A stretch of 64,000 nt of DNA from a virus (Duplodnaviria; Caudoviricetes): the IMG/VR virus record IMGVR_UViG_3300049988_000124, positions 192,001-256,000 of that record; one strand, 5' to 3'. Below the pieces are notes generated by a model. The model worked only from the letters and a program-made list of their open reading frames with translations. It did no database searches and was not told where the DNA came from. This document shows positions 48,097 to 58,000 of this stretch, in pieces. A program made the position numbers and the translations under genes. Position 1 is the first letter of the stretch; every line of letters starts with the position of its first letter.

Positions 48097-48602
48097 TTTG
48101 TTCTCTCCCTAGCACTTATTTGGTTCTGATTTTTCATGAAGTTGAAGAACGGCTCAAGCTTCATGCTGATCGCTTCGGCAGCGACGTTGTTCTTGGAATG
48201 GACGATGTAGACGAATGGACGGAATGTGACGTGTCCATCGAGGATGTTGTCGATGAGCCATTGGACGCAGTATCGACCTTCTCCGTTCCCATCACCTAGG
48301 TCATTGTCGAATGAGATCTTGTCAGGGATCCCGTTTGTTAAAATGTAATCTTCGAACTCTTCTTGTGTGCGCACAATCGTCCAAGGACCCAGACCGATGT
48401 CGATCCAGGTGACATCCTCAGGGCGACGTTCATCGTCGAGAAAGAGATTGCGAGGAACCGAGCGGAGAAAGATCTCTTTCGTGTTCCGCTCAATCTCTAC
48501 CCGAGCGTTGAAGTCACCAGCAGCATAACCCATTCGGTAGGCTACAACAATTGTACAGAGCACAGCGAGTGCGAGGACCAGTATACCTAGTATCTCATCC
48601 AC
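48084..48602 (-). CDS. Cyclic-phosphate-processing receiver-like domain protein with N-terminal TM helix
   Basis: 'LFLDDERRP...WTIVRT.EEF...GIPDKISFDNDLG...G..CVQWL...VHSKN'. Confidence 0.8.
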   Translation of the reverse strand: MDEILGILVLALAVLCTIVVAYRMGYAAGDFNARVEIERNTKEIFLRSVPRNLFLDDERRPEDVTWIDIGLGPWTIVRTQEEFEDYILTNGIPDKISFDNDLGDGNGEGRYCVQWLIDNILDGHVTFRPFVYIVHSKNNVAAEAISMKLEPFFNFMKNQNQISARERTKCPN

Positions 48603-48614
48603 GCAATATCTCCT

Positions 48615-50924
48615 TTACTTCTTGTTCTTGTTCAGTGCAGCCGCGAGGGCAGAACCCAGTGCACTAAGCGCTGGTTCCGGTTCCTTCTGCTCCTCACGCG
48701 GACGCTTTGGTTCAGTTCCGTAATTACCCGACATCATATACGCGTCATGGTTACGCTTGTACTTCTGTGCGTCGAACGGATCATCCATAGCACCCACAGA
48801 ACGACGGATTGTTCCGTACTTCGCCATCGACAAACCAGCACTGTCGTAGATTTCTTCGATCGTGGAAGCAAAAGAAGAAGGGCTAAAGATACTCGGCTCT
48901 TCCTTTCTCTTACCACTGAGGAAATCACCCAGTGCACTCTCACTAAGCGCAATAGCGGCAATACGCTCGAGTGCTGGACGACCGAACTCCTTGATGAGAT
49001 CGCGAACATCCTTCTCCGAGAAGCTCGTCAACTGCTCAATGACCGCGAACGGTCGCGCATCTGAGAAACCACGAGCCTTTGGTGTGACGATACGAATGGT
49101 GCCAGTGTAGAACAGAGCCTCAGAGACGCCTGCGACTGTCGTGGTGCGACTCTTATCGGCGGTGCGAAACTTCGTACCTTTTGACTCGGTTACTGGAATG
49201 GAGACACCTATGTAGCGCTGTGATGGGTAAGCATCGACGATCATGGACCGGAAGATAACCTGCTTGGTGAGCCGGTCGAACTCCTCGCGGTCTTCCTCTG
49301 CGATGGGAAGGTAGCATTCCCACTTCGCGCGCGTGTTGGTCTTGCGCTCGAGATCTTGGACGAGTGCCTTATACTCGAAGTACTTCTTCGAGCTGACGTT
49401 GAACGCGTCAGCGGCAACCATGATCTTCTTGCGATTATACCCGTTCTTGTCGACCGAGTAAATCTTCTGCGCGATCACCATAACCTGGGAAACGATGTCA
49501 GATGTACGCCAATCCGATGCGTACATCCCAATCCGGTAATCTTGACGCATGTCGCCCATGTCGATGGCCGCGATGAGCGGGAGCATCTCGGCTACCATGT
49601 GCAGCTTAACCGCCTGACACAGGGCAGCGGCTGCGCGGTAGCTGAGCGGGAGCTCTTGTACCATAAACCCATCAGCGGTCAGCTCGATTGCACCTTCATC
49701 ATTCTCACGAATAAGTCCGTAGCTAACAAGCGTGTCGACCGCCGAGGTGATGGCTCCTTCTTCCGGCTGCTCACGCGGGGTGAACTTCAGTTGCCGCACA
49801 TGAATGTCGGGGTAGCGCGTGCAGTTCATGACAAGCTCGGTCAAAGGCAGACGAACAATGTCCGGCTCTGCCATCTGAGGACGGGACTCGAGTGTGTCCT
49901 TGGCTGCGAGGATGAACACGCCAGGCGAGAAGCGTGCCACACGACCCATCTGCTGATGGATCCGCCAGCTAGGAAGATTCTCCTTGTGAAGACGACGCAC
50001 GTTGCCGCGCGCATACATCACCTTGGTGTCGCCTGAGGAGACACCTCCATCGACCCAGGAGAGGCTAACGCCTGATTCTAGGACGTTGGTACCAACGAGG
50101 ATCTTTACCCCTGACTCGCGGTCCTTGCTGGCAGCACGACGCTGCATACCCGATGAGTTCCCGTGAACGGTCTCGATCTCGAAGTCAACGTTGTCGTGGA
50201 AGAGCTGCCGGGAGATGTTGTCGACCGCATCCTCAATCTCCTCGACGCCGGAGACGAAGACCAGGATACCTTTGCGCTGATGCTGGGTGATGAGCTCGCT
50301 GACCGCTGCCTCCAGGGTGAAAGCTGGACGGTGAAGGAACTCTACCGGGAAGGCTGTACCCTTGGTGGTGAAGGGAATGGCATTGTCGCCCCAGTAGGTA
50401 AGCTCATTGGCAACATCGATCGTGGCGGATAGTTCTGCCAGGTTGATCTGGTCACCGCGCTCGAGCCGAGCGTGGAGGTACGCTTTGGCGAGCGACAGAT
50501 CAATCGATGTCTCATGCGCTTCGTCGAGAATGAAATTATGCTTGCTCGCCAAGATACCCGATGACAGCGCGTAGCCGACGGTCGTGAAGACGAGGCGGTT
50601 GTTCGGGTGAAGAGTTGAATCATCATCCGAGCGACTAGAGTTCTTGACGCCCACGAGGTCACGCTCGTCACCCAGAAGTGTCCAGAGTGCCTCGGCTGCA
50701 TTGTTGGAGAGAAAGCGCGTGGGCTGGAGAACGTAGACGACGTTGTCGATGGGGTCGTCCGCCAACGCTCTGGCGCAGGCTGCTGGAATCAACATGGTCT
50801 TGCCCGAGGCAACCTCGGAGGTGACGACCGGGATCATCTGATTGGTGAAATACTCAGCCACCTGATCACAGATGGTGGAGACCGGTAGGTGCTCGAGTTT
50901 CTTGAACAAACTGTCGAACATCAC
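48615..50924 (-). CDS. DEAH-box (HrpA/HrpB-like) RNA helicase
   Basis: 'ASGKT', 'DEAH', 'SAT', 'ILVFVSG', 'GTNVLESGVS', 'QQMGRVAR', HA2-like 'LTADG...ELPL'. Confidence 0.9.
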   Translation of the reverse strand: MMFDSLFKKLEHLPVSTICDQVAEYFTNQMIPVVTSEVASGKTMLIPAACARALADDPIDNVVYVLQPTRFLSNNAAEALWTLLGDERDLVGVKNSSRSDDDSTLHPNNRLVFTTVGYALSSGILASKHNFILDEAHETSIDLSLAKAYLHARLERGDQINLAELSATIDVANELTYWGDNAIPFTTKGTAFPVEFLHRPAFTLEAAVSELITQHQRKGILVFVSGVEEIEDAVDNISRQLFHDNVDFEIETVHGNSSGMQRRAASKDRESGVKILVGTNVLESGVSLSWVDGGVSSGDTKVMYARGNVRRLHKENLPSWRIHQQMGRVARFSPGVFILAAKDTLESRPQMAEPDIVRLPLTELVMNCTRYPDIHVRQLKFTPREQPEEGAITSAVDTLVSYGLIRENDEGAIELTADGFMVQELPLSYRAAAALCQAVKLHMVAEMLPLIAAIDMGDMRQDYRIGMYASDWRTSDIVSQVMVIAQKIYSVDKNGYNRKKIMVAADAFNVSSKKYFEYKALVQDLERKTNTRAKWECYLPIAEEDREEFDRLTKQVIFRSMIVDAYPSQRYIGVSIPVTESKGTKFRTADKSRTTTVAGVSEALFYTGTIRIVTPKARGFSDARPFAVIEQLTSFSEKDVRDLIKEFGRPALERIAAIALSESALGDFLSGKRKEEPSIFSPSSFASTIEEIYDSAGLSMAKYGTIRRSVGAMDDPFDAQKYKRNHDAYMMSGNYGTEPKRPREEQKEPEPALSALGSALAAALNKNKK

Positions 50925-50954
50925 GAAACTCCTTCTTGGTGTGTGAAAGGTAAC

Positions 50955-51110
50955 TTACTGGTTGGGCGGCGAGAAGTCGTTGGTCACTACCCCTAAGGGT
51001 TGACCAGGTTTTAAGATACGAACCTTGACGGGGGTCTGCGTCATGGTAATGACAGTAACAGAGCTGCCGAAGAGAAATCGGTCAATGGCATCGGCGATCT
51101 TGATGATCAT
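50955..51110 (-). CDS. Small hypothetical protein (51 aa, not in ORF track)
   Basis: MIIKIADAIDRFLFG..., GAGGA RBS, downstream of a TATATTAC motif. Confidence 0.45.
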   Translation of the reverse strand: MIIKIADAIDRFLFGSSVTVITMTQTPVKVRILKPGQPLGVVTNDFSPPNQ

Positions 51111-51226
51111 GGTGTCGTCCTCTCTTGATGCTAAGAGTTGAAGTCACCAGTGCTCTGCATTAAACATAGCACATGATGACGTAAGTGAAGGTTGAAAAAG
51201 ATGAAGGGATTCATCTTGTCACCTGA

Positions 51227-51234
51227 GTAATATA
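51227..51234 (-). promoter_or_regulatory. Early-promoter-like motif TATATTAC
   Basis: agtaatatatcga is identical to 54114..54126. Confidence 0.6.
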
Positions 51235-51263
51235 TCGACGTACCGCGATGACATAGGGACAAG

Positions 51264-51295
51264 TAGAGCAGGCCCCTTTACGGGAGCCTGCTCTA
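51264..51295. terminator. Hairpin
   Basis: tagagcaggc...gcctgctcta. Confidence 0.7.
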
Positions 51296-51303
51296 TGATG
51301 GTC

Positions 51304-52212
51304 TTAGTTTACCAACGACGGGGTGCCACTGGCATTCTGTGCCAGGATCATGGGATGGTTCGCGTAGCCGTGAAAGAAGTGATACAGCGCCTGGTAGGGA
51401 GCATGCAAGATCATCTCACACGGGGGATACATGGAGCCTTCGTGGAAGTACATGTGGATCCTCGAGAGGAACTCTGTAACATCCTTCTTGGTGGCATCCG
51501 GATCATTGACGACGTTCAGATAGTCCCACATCAGAACCGCAATGTCTTCTTTCGAGAGATCAAAGCAACCCATGACATTATCATCCGTCATGACAAAGGA
51601 GATAAAGGATGCGTGAATGAAACGTCGGAACGCTTTCAGGTAATCGATCCGCTCGGTGAGGACTTGCCAGCTAGGCTTCCAGAGGAGCCAGTCGGGCTTA
51701 TCAATCGCCGAGATCGACCGGGCTACCTTGTCGAGGAGAACAACATCCCCACTGTCAAACTCATAACGGTAGTTGGACATATACGCATTGTAGTGCGTAT
51801 TGAAATGCGTCAATCCACCAAAGTGACTGATGGGATTGCGTTTGTCGTTGATGTTGAGGGCGTAGATACACGACACCCCGTGCATCTTTTGCTGCTTCTC
51901 CTTGTCATCAGGGAAAAGGTGAGCAAGGCGACTAAAGGCCGCAACCGACAAGACCACATCATACACCCAAGCACGACAGAGGATCTCGGGGATCTTGTCT
52001 ACTTGACTGAGGTTGGTGAAGAACTTGCGGCAAATCTCCTTACCTGCTACCTTCTCAATCTCTGCGGCAAACGCGATTGGATCGTTGTCTCCAGCGGTCA
52101 CATCAACCAGGTTAACCTTGACCTGGTCAGACATGAGATAGCGAAAGAGACATGACGAGAAATCAGAAGGAGCTTTCAGGAGTGATTCGATACTGGGATT
52201 GGGGGTTTCCAT
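51304..52212 (-). CDS. Hypothetical protein
   Basis: 302 aa ORF ending at a hairpin. Confidence 0.7.
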   Translation of the reverse strand: METPNPSIESLLKAPSDFSSCLFRYLMSDQVKVNLVDVTAGDNDPIAFAAEIEKVAGKEICRKFFTNLSQVDKIPEILCRAWVYDVVLSVAAFSRLAHLFPDDKEKQQKMHGVSCIYALNINDKRNPISHFGGLTHFNTHYNAYMSNYRYEFDSGDVVLLDKVARSISAIDKPDWLLWKPSWQVLTERIDYLKAFRRFIHASFISFVMTDDNVMGCFDLSKEDIAVLMWDYLNVVNDPDATKKDVTEFLSRIHMYFHEGSMYPPCEMILHAPYQALYHFFHGYANHPMILAQNASGTPSLVN

Positions 52213-52229
52213 GAGGGTGACCCTTTTGT

Positions 52230-52886
52230 TTAAAGCTGTGTGCCTTTGTGAGAAACGAACCGGTCGGTGTGATAGAAGATCTGTCGAAGCTGCTTTTCCA
52301 AGAAACCATTCTCATCGTCGATCAGAACAGCGCCTGTCTGGATCAAGCGGCGCATCACCATGGTGAGGGACTTAACTTCCTCGTGAGCAACGATGTAGTC
52401 ACTGAAACGAGGATCAGGCTTTACCCGTTCACAAAGGGAGGACAGGTTCAAGATAATCTGATACGCAGGATAGTTAATCGGCGTGTTGATGATCGGCTGA
52501 CTGTGATAGTCAGTGATCGCTAGGATGAGTTGTCCGACATCCTGGGTGAACTCGTTGTCAACATCGGCCATGACAGTTTCTCTTGACATAACGGGTCCAT
52601 GTTTTACTGCGAGCATGTGATCATAGACCACATCGGCGTATTTCGACAACCACAAGGCACGGCGGTTAACCATGAGGGAATCGTCGCAGGTTCGGTGGAG
52701 ATATTCAAAGAACCCGTTGACCAGAAGTTTGGTTCGTTCCTCTGGTTGAACTACGTCAAAAAATTCAAGGAGCTTCAAGATGCCCCCAATCCGTTCAGCG
52801 AGCTTTACTTTTAGCTCAACTGAACGAACCGTGGTGAGGATGTGATATCGCTCGGGCAGCTCCTTGATCAGGGGGAAGATAGCCAT
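52230..52886 (-). CDS. Hypothetical protein
   Basis: 218 aa, AAGGA RBS. Confidence 0.7.
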   Translation of the reverse strand: MAIFPLIKELPERYHILTTVRSVELKVKLAERIGGILKLLEFFDVVQPEERTKLLVNGFFEYLHRTCDDSLMVNRRALWLSKYADVVYDHMLAVKHGPVMSRETVMADVDNEFTQDVGQLILAITDYHSQPIINTPINYPAYQIILNLSSLCERVKPDPRFSDYIVAHEEVKSLTMVMRRLIQTGAVLIDDENGFLEKQLRQIFYHTDRFVSHKGTQL

Positions 52887-52918
52887 CTTCTGATCCTTCT
52901 CAAGGGGTTGGTGTGGGT

Positions 52919-53173
52919 CTAGCGCTGCGGCTTACAGACCATGTTCTTCTTCTGTTTCTCTCGGACACGGTAGGGAGCAGCAGAGGCGGGCAGAGTCATA
53001 TCCTGCTTCATCTGCTGACACTGCGCGTTGGTGAGATCGCGAACGACGTAAGGGTCGGGTCCGAGAAAGTAGAACGTCCACAAGATGACGGTGCGCATAA
53101 CAAAACTTCCTTTCGTTATGGGATTACGAGAAGAGGTACGCGATGAGCTGGTGCGTGCTAACGCTGCGCTCAA
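52919..53173 (-). CDS. Small hypothetical protein (likely start at MRTVILW)
   Basis: GAAAGGAAG RBS precedes the internal ATG. Confidence 0.5.
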   Translation of the reverse strand: MSAALARTSSSRTSSRNPITKGSFVMRTVILWTFYFLGPDPYVVRDLTNAQCQQMKQDMTLPASAAPYRVREKQKKNMVCKPQR

Positions 53174-53459
53174 GCTCGTCGAGTTCCTTCATATATCCGA
53201 CCTCCATCTTGATCAGTCGGACGTAGAGGATAAGCGCCGCAAGGACGCTGAGCTTGACGCGGTTGCGCGCGGCAATCTCGTTCAAGTCGGATCGCAGATT
53301 GCGAAACTTCACCATGTCCATCTGACTGGAACTATTGTTGAAGAGTTGCTTGGACTGATAGATGCCGATGACCTCCAGGTAGAAGTCGAGTTTGGTCTTG
53401 ATGCGGGTCTGGATCCAACCAGCAATCATCAGCACGATCGTGAGAATGATGTTCTTCAT
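53124..53459 (-). CDS. Hypothetical protein with N-terminal hydrophobic segment
   Basis: 'MKNIILTIVLMIAGWI', AGGAAAGGA RBS. Confidence 0.65.
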   Translation of the reverse strand: MKNIILTIVLMIAGWIQTRIKTKLDFYLEVIGIYQSKQLFNNSSSQMDMVKFRNLRSDLNEIAARNRVKLSVLAALILYVRLIKMEVGYMKELDELERSVSTHQLIAYLFS

Positions 53460-53481
53460 GGTGGAAATCCTTTCCTTGAAT

Positions 53482-54093
53482 TTACGTCACGTCGGGAGCA
53501 GCAGAGGGCATGGTCAGCGTGGTCAGGTAACCAACGCAACCGACGTAATGCGCGACCAGAACAGTTTCGAAATAACCAACTGCCCATTCATCGAGATCGC
53601 GATCAACGTTCGTGCTACCGGCAACAAAGACACACTCGTTGCTCACCGGCTTCCTGGAAACAGACAGACCATCGAGAAGGTTCCTGACAGCGAACTGGGA
53701 AACGGTAAATGAACCGCTGATTACCCACCCACCGAGGATACCATTGACGATGACGCCGTCCTCGCCGAGCTCACCGATCAAATCACCGGTCTTGATTTGA
53801 TCGTACTTGATCATCGTGGCTTCCATGTTAACGAGACGCACGATGTCGGACGGAGATGAAACACTTCCCTCGTCCTTGGCAGTACCATCCTCGCGGTAGA
53901 GAATGTAGTGACGGGTCTTGTAGTTCAGAGAGCCCATCTTCTCAGTGACGCCCTCGAACTGAAAACCGGCATCATGACCAGGCTCTCCGGGGACGAGCTT
54001 AGACTCGATGGTGATGCGCTTACCGTCACGCGTGATGCCGATGGTTCCGATATCGATCTTCATGCGAAATCTCCCTCTTGTGAAAAACAACAA
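53482..54093 (-). CDS. Hypothetical protein (likely start MKIDIG at 54063)
   Basis: GAGGGAG RBS before 54063; 'TRDG...YREDG...DIV' domain. Confidence 0.65.
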   Translation of the reverse strand: MLFFTRGRFRMKIDIGTIGITRDGKRITIESKLVPGEPGHDAGFQFEGVTEKMGSLNYKTRHYILYREDGTAKDEGSVSSPSDIVRLVNMEATMIKYDQIKTGDLIGELGEDGVIVNGILGGWVISGSFTVSQFAVRNLLDGLSVSRKPVSNECVFVAGSTNVDRDLDEWAVGYFETVLVAHYVGCVGYLTTLTMPSAAPDVT

Positions 54094-54114
54094 CTGCGGG
54101 TGGTTGTCAAGTAA

Positions 54115-54122
54115 GTAATATA
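54115..54122 (-). promoter_or_regulatory. Early-promoter-like motif TATATTAC
   Basis: Tandem with a second copy 57 nt away. Confidence 0.6.
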
Positions 54123-54171
54123 TCGATGAGCTCGTTTGATTGAGGTACGATAGCCTGGCTCATTCATTTAA

Positions 54172-54179
54172 GTAATATA
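54172..54179 (-). promoter_or_regulatory. Early-promoter-like motif TATATTAC
   Basis: Second copy, just downstream (minus sense) of a hairpin at about 54199-54220. Confidence 0.55.
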
Positions 54180-54230
54180 GCGATATACTTAGCATGAAGA
54201 GAGAGGCCGAAGCCCCTCTCCTCATTGTTC

Positions 54231-55022
54231 TTACTTAACTGATTTCTTCTTGAGCTTGCGTCTGATAAAGGCTACCATCAAGGTAAGGTCGAGGACCGTG
54301 ATCTGATCATCGAAGTGTAGCCAGCGTGCCTCGAACGAATTCAAGATGCTGTGGCCATTCTCATTGCGAATGAGCTGATCAACCAATCGCCTCGTAACAC
54401 CTTGGTTGTTGCGAATGTTCTTGTTGGGATCGCACAGATCAATGATCTTGGTGGCTGGGTTGTAACGCGTGAGGTTCAGATAGTTCATCACGGTCTGTCG
54501 CGCCTCTAGTCGTTCTTCTTCCTGGTTAAGGAAACGACTGAGCGAGACATTACTGAAGCAGCGAACACCGGTAAGCTCAGCACCTACCCAGATGGGTAAG
54601 GGGAGCGGTGTGTTGAAGGAGGGAAGCTCTACCTCGGCGATCTCTAAGCTAGAAAGCTCAGGGTTGCGGAAGTCGTCGAGTTCCCAAAGTCTGTCTTTAA
54701 CGATTTTGTGAAAACGTCGCTTATGGACACCAGTCTTGTGACACCGCTCACGCATGGTCACGAACTCGTCCTGGGTCATGGTGTTGGGAAGCTCTATAAT
54801 GTCGCGCTTCATGGTCTGGTCGTAGGTGGATTTGATTCCGACTCCAGGAATGGTGTCAGTCGTGATTCGACACCGAATCGTCCATGATCCAGTATTAGAC
54901 AGATACCACTGACTGACGAGCATACTGTTGTTTGACAACCGGTCAGGGCAGATCAATAGTTTAAAGCGTCGTTCGATCTCAATCCCACGTGTCGCCATGG
55001 TTGACATCCTTTCATAAAACAT
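54231..55022 (-). CDS. CYTH / triphosphate tunnel metalloenzyme domain protein (likely start 54998)
   Basis: 'IEIERRF', 'KRRF', 'WELDDF', 'IAEVEL', 'PIWVGAELTG...FSN'. Confidence 0.85.
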   Translation of the reverse strand: MFYERMSTMATRGIEIERRFKLLICPDRLSNNSMLVSQWYLSNTGSWTIRCRITTDTIPGVGIKSTYDQTMKRDIIELPNTMTQDEFVTMRERCHKTGVHKRRFHKIVKDRLWELDDFRNPELSSLEIAEVELPSFNTPLPLPIWVGAELTGVRCFSNVSLSRFLNQEEERLEARQTVMNYLNLTRYNPATKIIDLCDPNKNIRNNQGVTRRLVDQLIRNENGHSILNSFEARWLHFDDQITVLDLTLMVAFIRRKLKKKSVK

Positions 55023-55044
55023 AGTGGTTCAAAGTTCATAAATA

Positions 55045-55072
55045 AGTAAGAGGGGCACTCGCCCCTCTTACT
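55045..55072. terminator. Hairpin
   Basis: agtaagaggggc-actc-gcccctcttact. Confidence 0.75.
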
Positions 55073-58000
55073 CACAATCCTATTCTCTCATCTTCTAGTT
55101 CGAGGTTAGCGCTTTCCTTTGATGCGTCGATAACTTGCTTATACTCACGCTCGTCAGGATCAGGGCCTGCGAAGTCTGCACCAACGATGCTGTTGATGAG
55201 TTCGCGCACCTCTGCTAGGATCTCGTCGGTACGAGATGACACGTTGGGAACACCGCCAGTATCAAGGGTTACCTCGATAATCGTGACCGGGTGAATCTGT
55301 CCCAATCGGTCCGCACGAGCAATCACCTGATCATAGGTAGCCTGCCGGTAGGGACGATTGAGTAGCACCACCGTCGAGGCGGCAATCACCGGAACGGCCT
55401 CTGAGAGCGACTGCATAGTCGCACAGATCGGATTTACATTCGGGTCATCAGTGAAGCGGTTGATGTTCTTGGTTAGGTCTGCGTTGGTATCAGCGTAGAC
55501 CATGAGGGGCTCAAAGCCCTGATCGGTCAGATGCTTACTCAAGACCTTAACCGGTAGCACTGAGGAGGCAAAGAAGAGTGTCTTGGAGAGCGACTCTTTC
55601 ATGATCACGTCGGGCTTACAGAACACACCCAAGGCTGCTGCACATTCTGATCGACGCTTAGCGAGGATCGTGCCCAATGCCTCGCCTCGCACCTTCAGCT
55701 TCAAGTTCTTCACAGCGGACAGAGCATTTCTGAACTCACTGCGATTGATCGGTGGAATTGACGGATAGAGTTTGGTCCGCTCGTAGGTACGACACGCAGC
55801 CATCTGGTCCGTCATCATGAGGTCAGGTGCTCTCATGATCATCTTGAGATTCTTCTGATAGGTGTAGAAAGCTTGACGGTCTTGACGAGATTCTAACTTA
55901 TTCTCGTGGTAGTTCATGTAAAAATCAACGAGCTTACGATAATGCTTGATGTTGTCTTTATACATGGTCAACTGCTTCTGGATGAACTCTTTCATCTCCT
56001 CCCTGACTGTTGACATCAGGAATTTATGAGCAAGGGCTGGAGGCAATCTGACGGGAAGTTCTTTTACCACAGGCTTGGTGGCAGAGAAAGCAGACTTACC
56101 GACCATGAAGGCCATCTGCTGACCCAAACGATGTTGGAAGATTTCGCCTGCCTTACCAGGAGACATCGTGAAGATCTGCTTGAAGCGTCGCTCTGCATCA
56201 GCATCGAACCGGTGGTCCGAGCATTTGAGAAACGAGACCATCTCAGCGGCACTCTTCAGGATCGGTGAGCCTGATGTCCACAAGAATAGAACATCGTCTC
56301 TTAGAGTCTGGAGCTTTACGAGCTGCTGAGTACGGTTGGAGCGCCAGTCCGCAAAGTTGTGGGACTCATCGACGATCACGAAATATTTGCGACCTTGAGC
56401 GTGGATCTTCTTGCCGAGTTCGATCGCTTTGTTGATCTGCTCGAAGTTGAAGATGTAATATTCGGTCTTCTTCTCTGGCATCGGTAAACCAGAGTCACAG
56501 CACCAGTAAGTCGGAGTCTTCTTAAAGACGCTGTTGATCGTCTTTTCCCAAACGAGGTGGAGTGCCTTCTTGGGAGAGATGATGATCTTGACATCAGCGA
56601 CACTGGGAGGAACCACGCATTCAGCGACGCAGAGATCAAGGAAGGTGTTGTGCGTCACGATGTAATCGTTCGTAATGTACAAACGATCAGGGTGATCAAC
56701 AGAGATACACTGGGCCTGCTTCTTACCGACGTAACGAATCTTTTCAATACGCAGGCGCAAGCTGTCCTTGTACTGGTAGTTCTCAGGAGTCAGCTCCTTC
56801 TTGCGAGGAAGACGGAAGAGGTCGGTAGGCTCGCGGTAGCGAATGTTAACCTGATAAGCAGGCTTACCTTCCTTGCGCTCACCCTTGTAGGTGTAGTGCG
56901 TCTGTTTAGTCTTGATGCGAGCAAGACCACCAATGCTGCGAATCAACTCCTGTATGTGCTTAGCGAGCTGTTCGCTAGTTGTGCAGAATGACGTACTTCC
57001 ATTCTCACTGACGGTTCCGTCCGAATCCATCAGACCTTGAATAAGCGCAAGCTTCTGAGAGAAGGAGGCATTCAGGTAGACATCCGGAACAAACTTGGTA
57101 TGACTACGAGTACTGTTGAGTTTGAGAGCATGAAGCTGATCAACCAACATCGATCTCGACCAACGCTTCTCCCGTGTCTTCTTCACGACTTGATAGTCGT
57201 ACGAAGACCTGGACTTATCGGGCCGGTACACCAACTCAGAATCGTCGGGAAGCAGATGTGAGACCTGGTCTACAATGAAGCCATCTGCCGAGGAAATCGA
57301 CACCGTTCCTTCACGGATGTGTCCATCACCAAGGATGATGCCGAGAAGGTAGGGATCAATGGATAGCTGAACGTCTTCCTTGATCTCTGGCTCGGGAAGA
57401 GGAACGTAGAGACGACTGGGTTCGAGTTGGTGATTGTCCATATGTAGACGAATGTCAATGAAGGGAACGACCTTCCAACCATCCACACGACCGTCCTTGT
57501 TGGAGCGTGCCCAATCCTTGTGTCGAACTTTCCAGAGGTGGTCATCACAGCATTCCACTGAACGACCGTCCTCAAAGGTTACTTCGTACATGTCGAGCTC
57601 ACCTTGCGGATAAACTCCAGTAACGAACGAGGTTCCACCATCGGGTGTAACAATGGGCTGACCAACGGTCATGTCACCATTGCGCATCCATCCTGACGGA
57701 GTACGAATGAGATCTTCTAGGCCTAGCGCTTTACCACCACCAGGGGCAAAGCCGATGATGTAACCACGCAAGTCATAGCGCGGCATCCGGTCACCGAAGA
57801 GATGAAGGAACTCAATCTGCTTGGGCATGGCCTGCCACTTCATCTGATTGAGACGCTTCATGTCGATGATTGACTTAACCTCGCCGGTACTAACCTTGAA
57901 CCACGTGTCCTCGAGGAGTCCTTTGACGATCTTGTCGATGGTGCGCTTACCCGACCACGTCGTGCGCTCATCGTGACGCAATTTGGCAAGCATGAAGATT

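Noticed and set aside
52230-52886. HD-domain / (p)ppGpp hydrolase similarity ('NEFTQDVGQLILAITD')
   Set aside because: No HD dyad or other catalytic residues found; the resemblance is too local.
33817-54093. Shared 'TRDG/RDRMG...Y..DG...D(L/I)V' domain in 33817..34536 and 53482..54093 as a functional system
   Set aside because: A short, common phage hypothetical-protein pattern with no functional or positional link.
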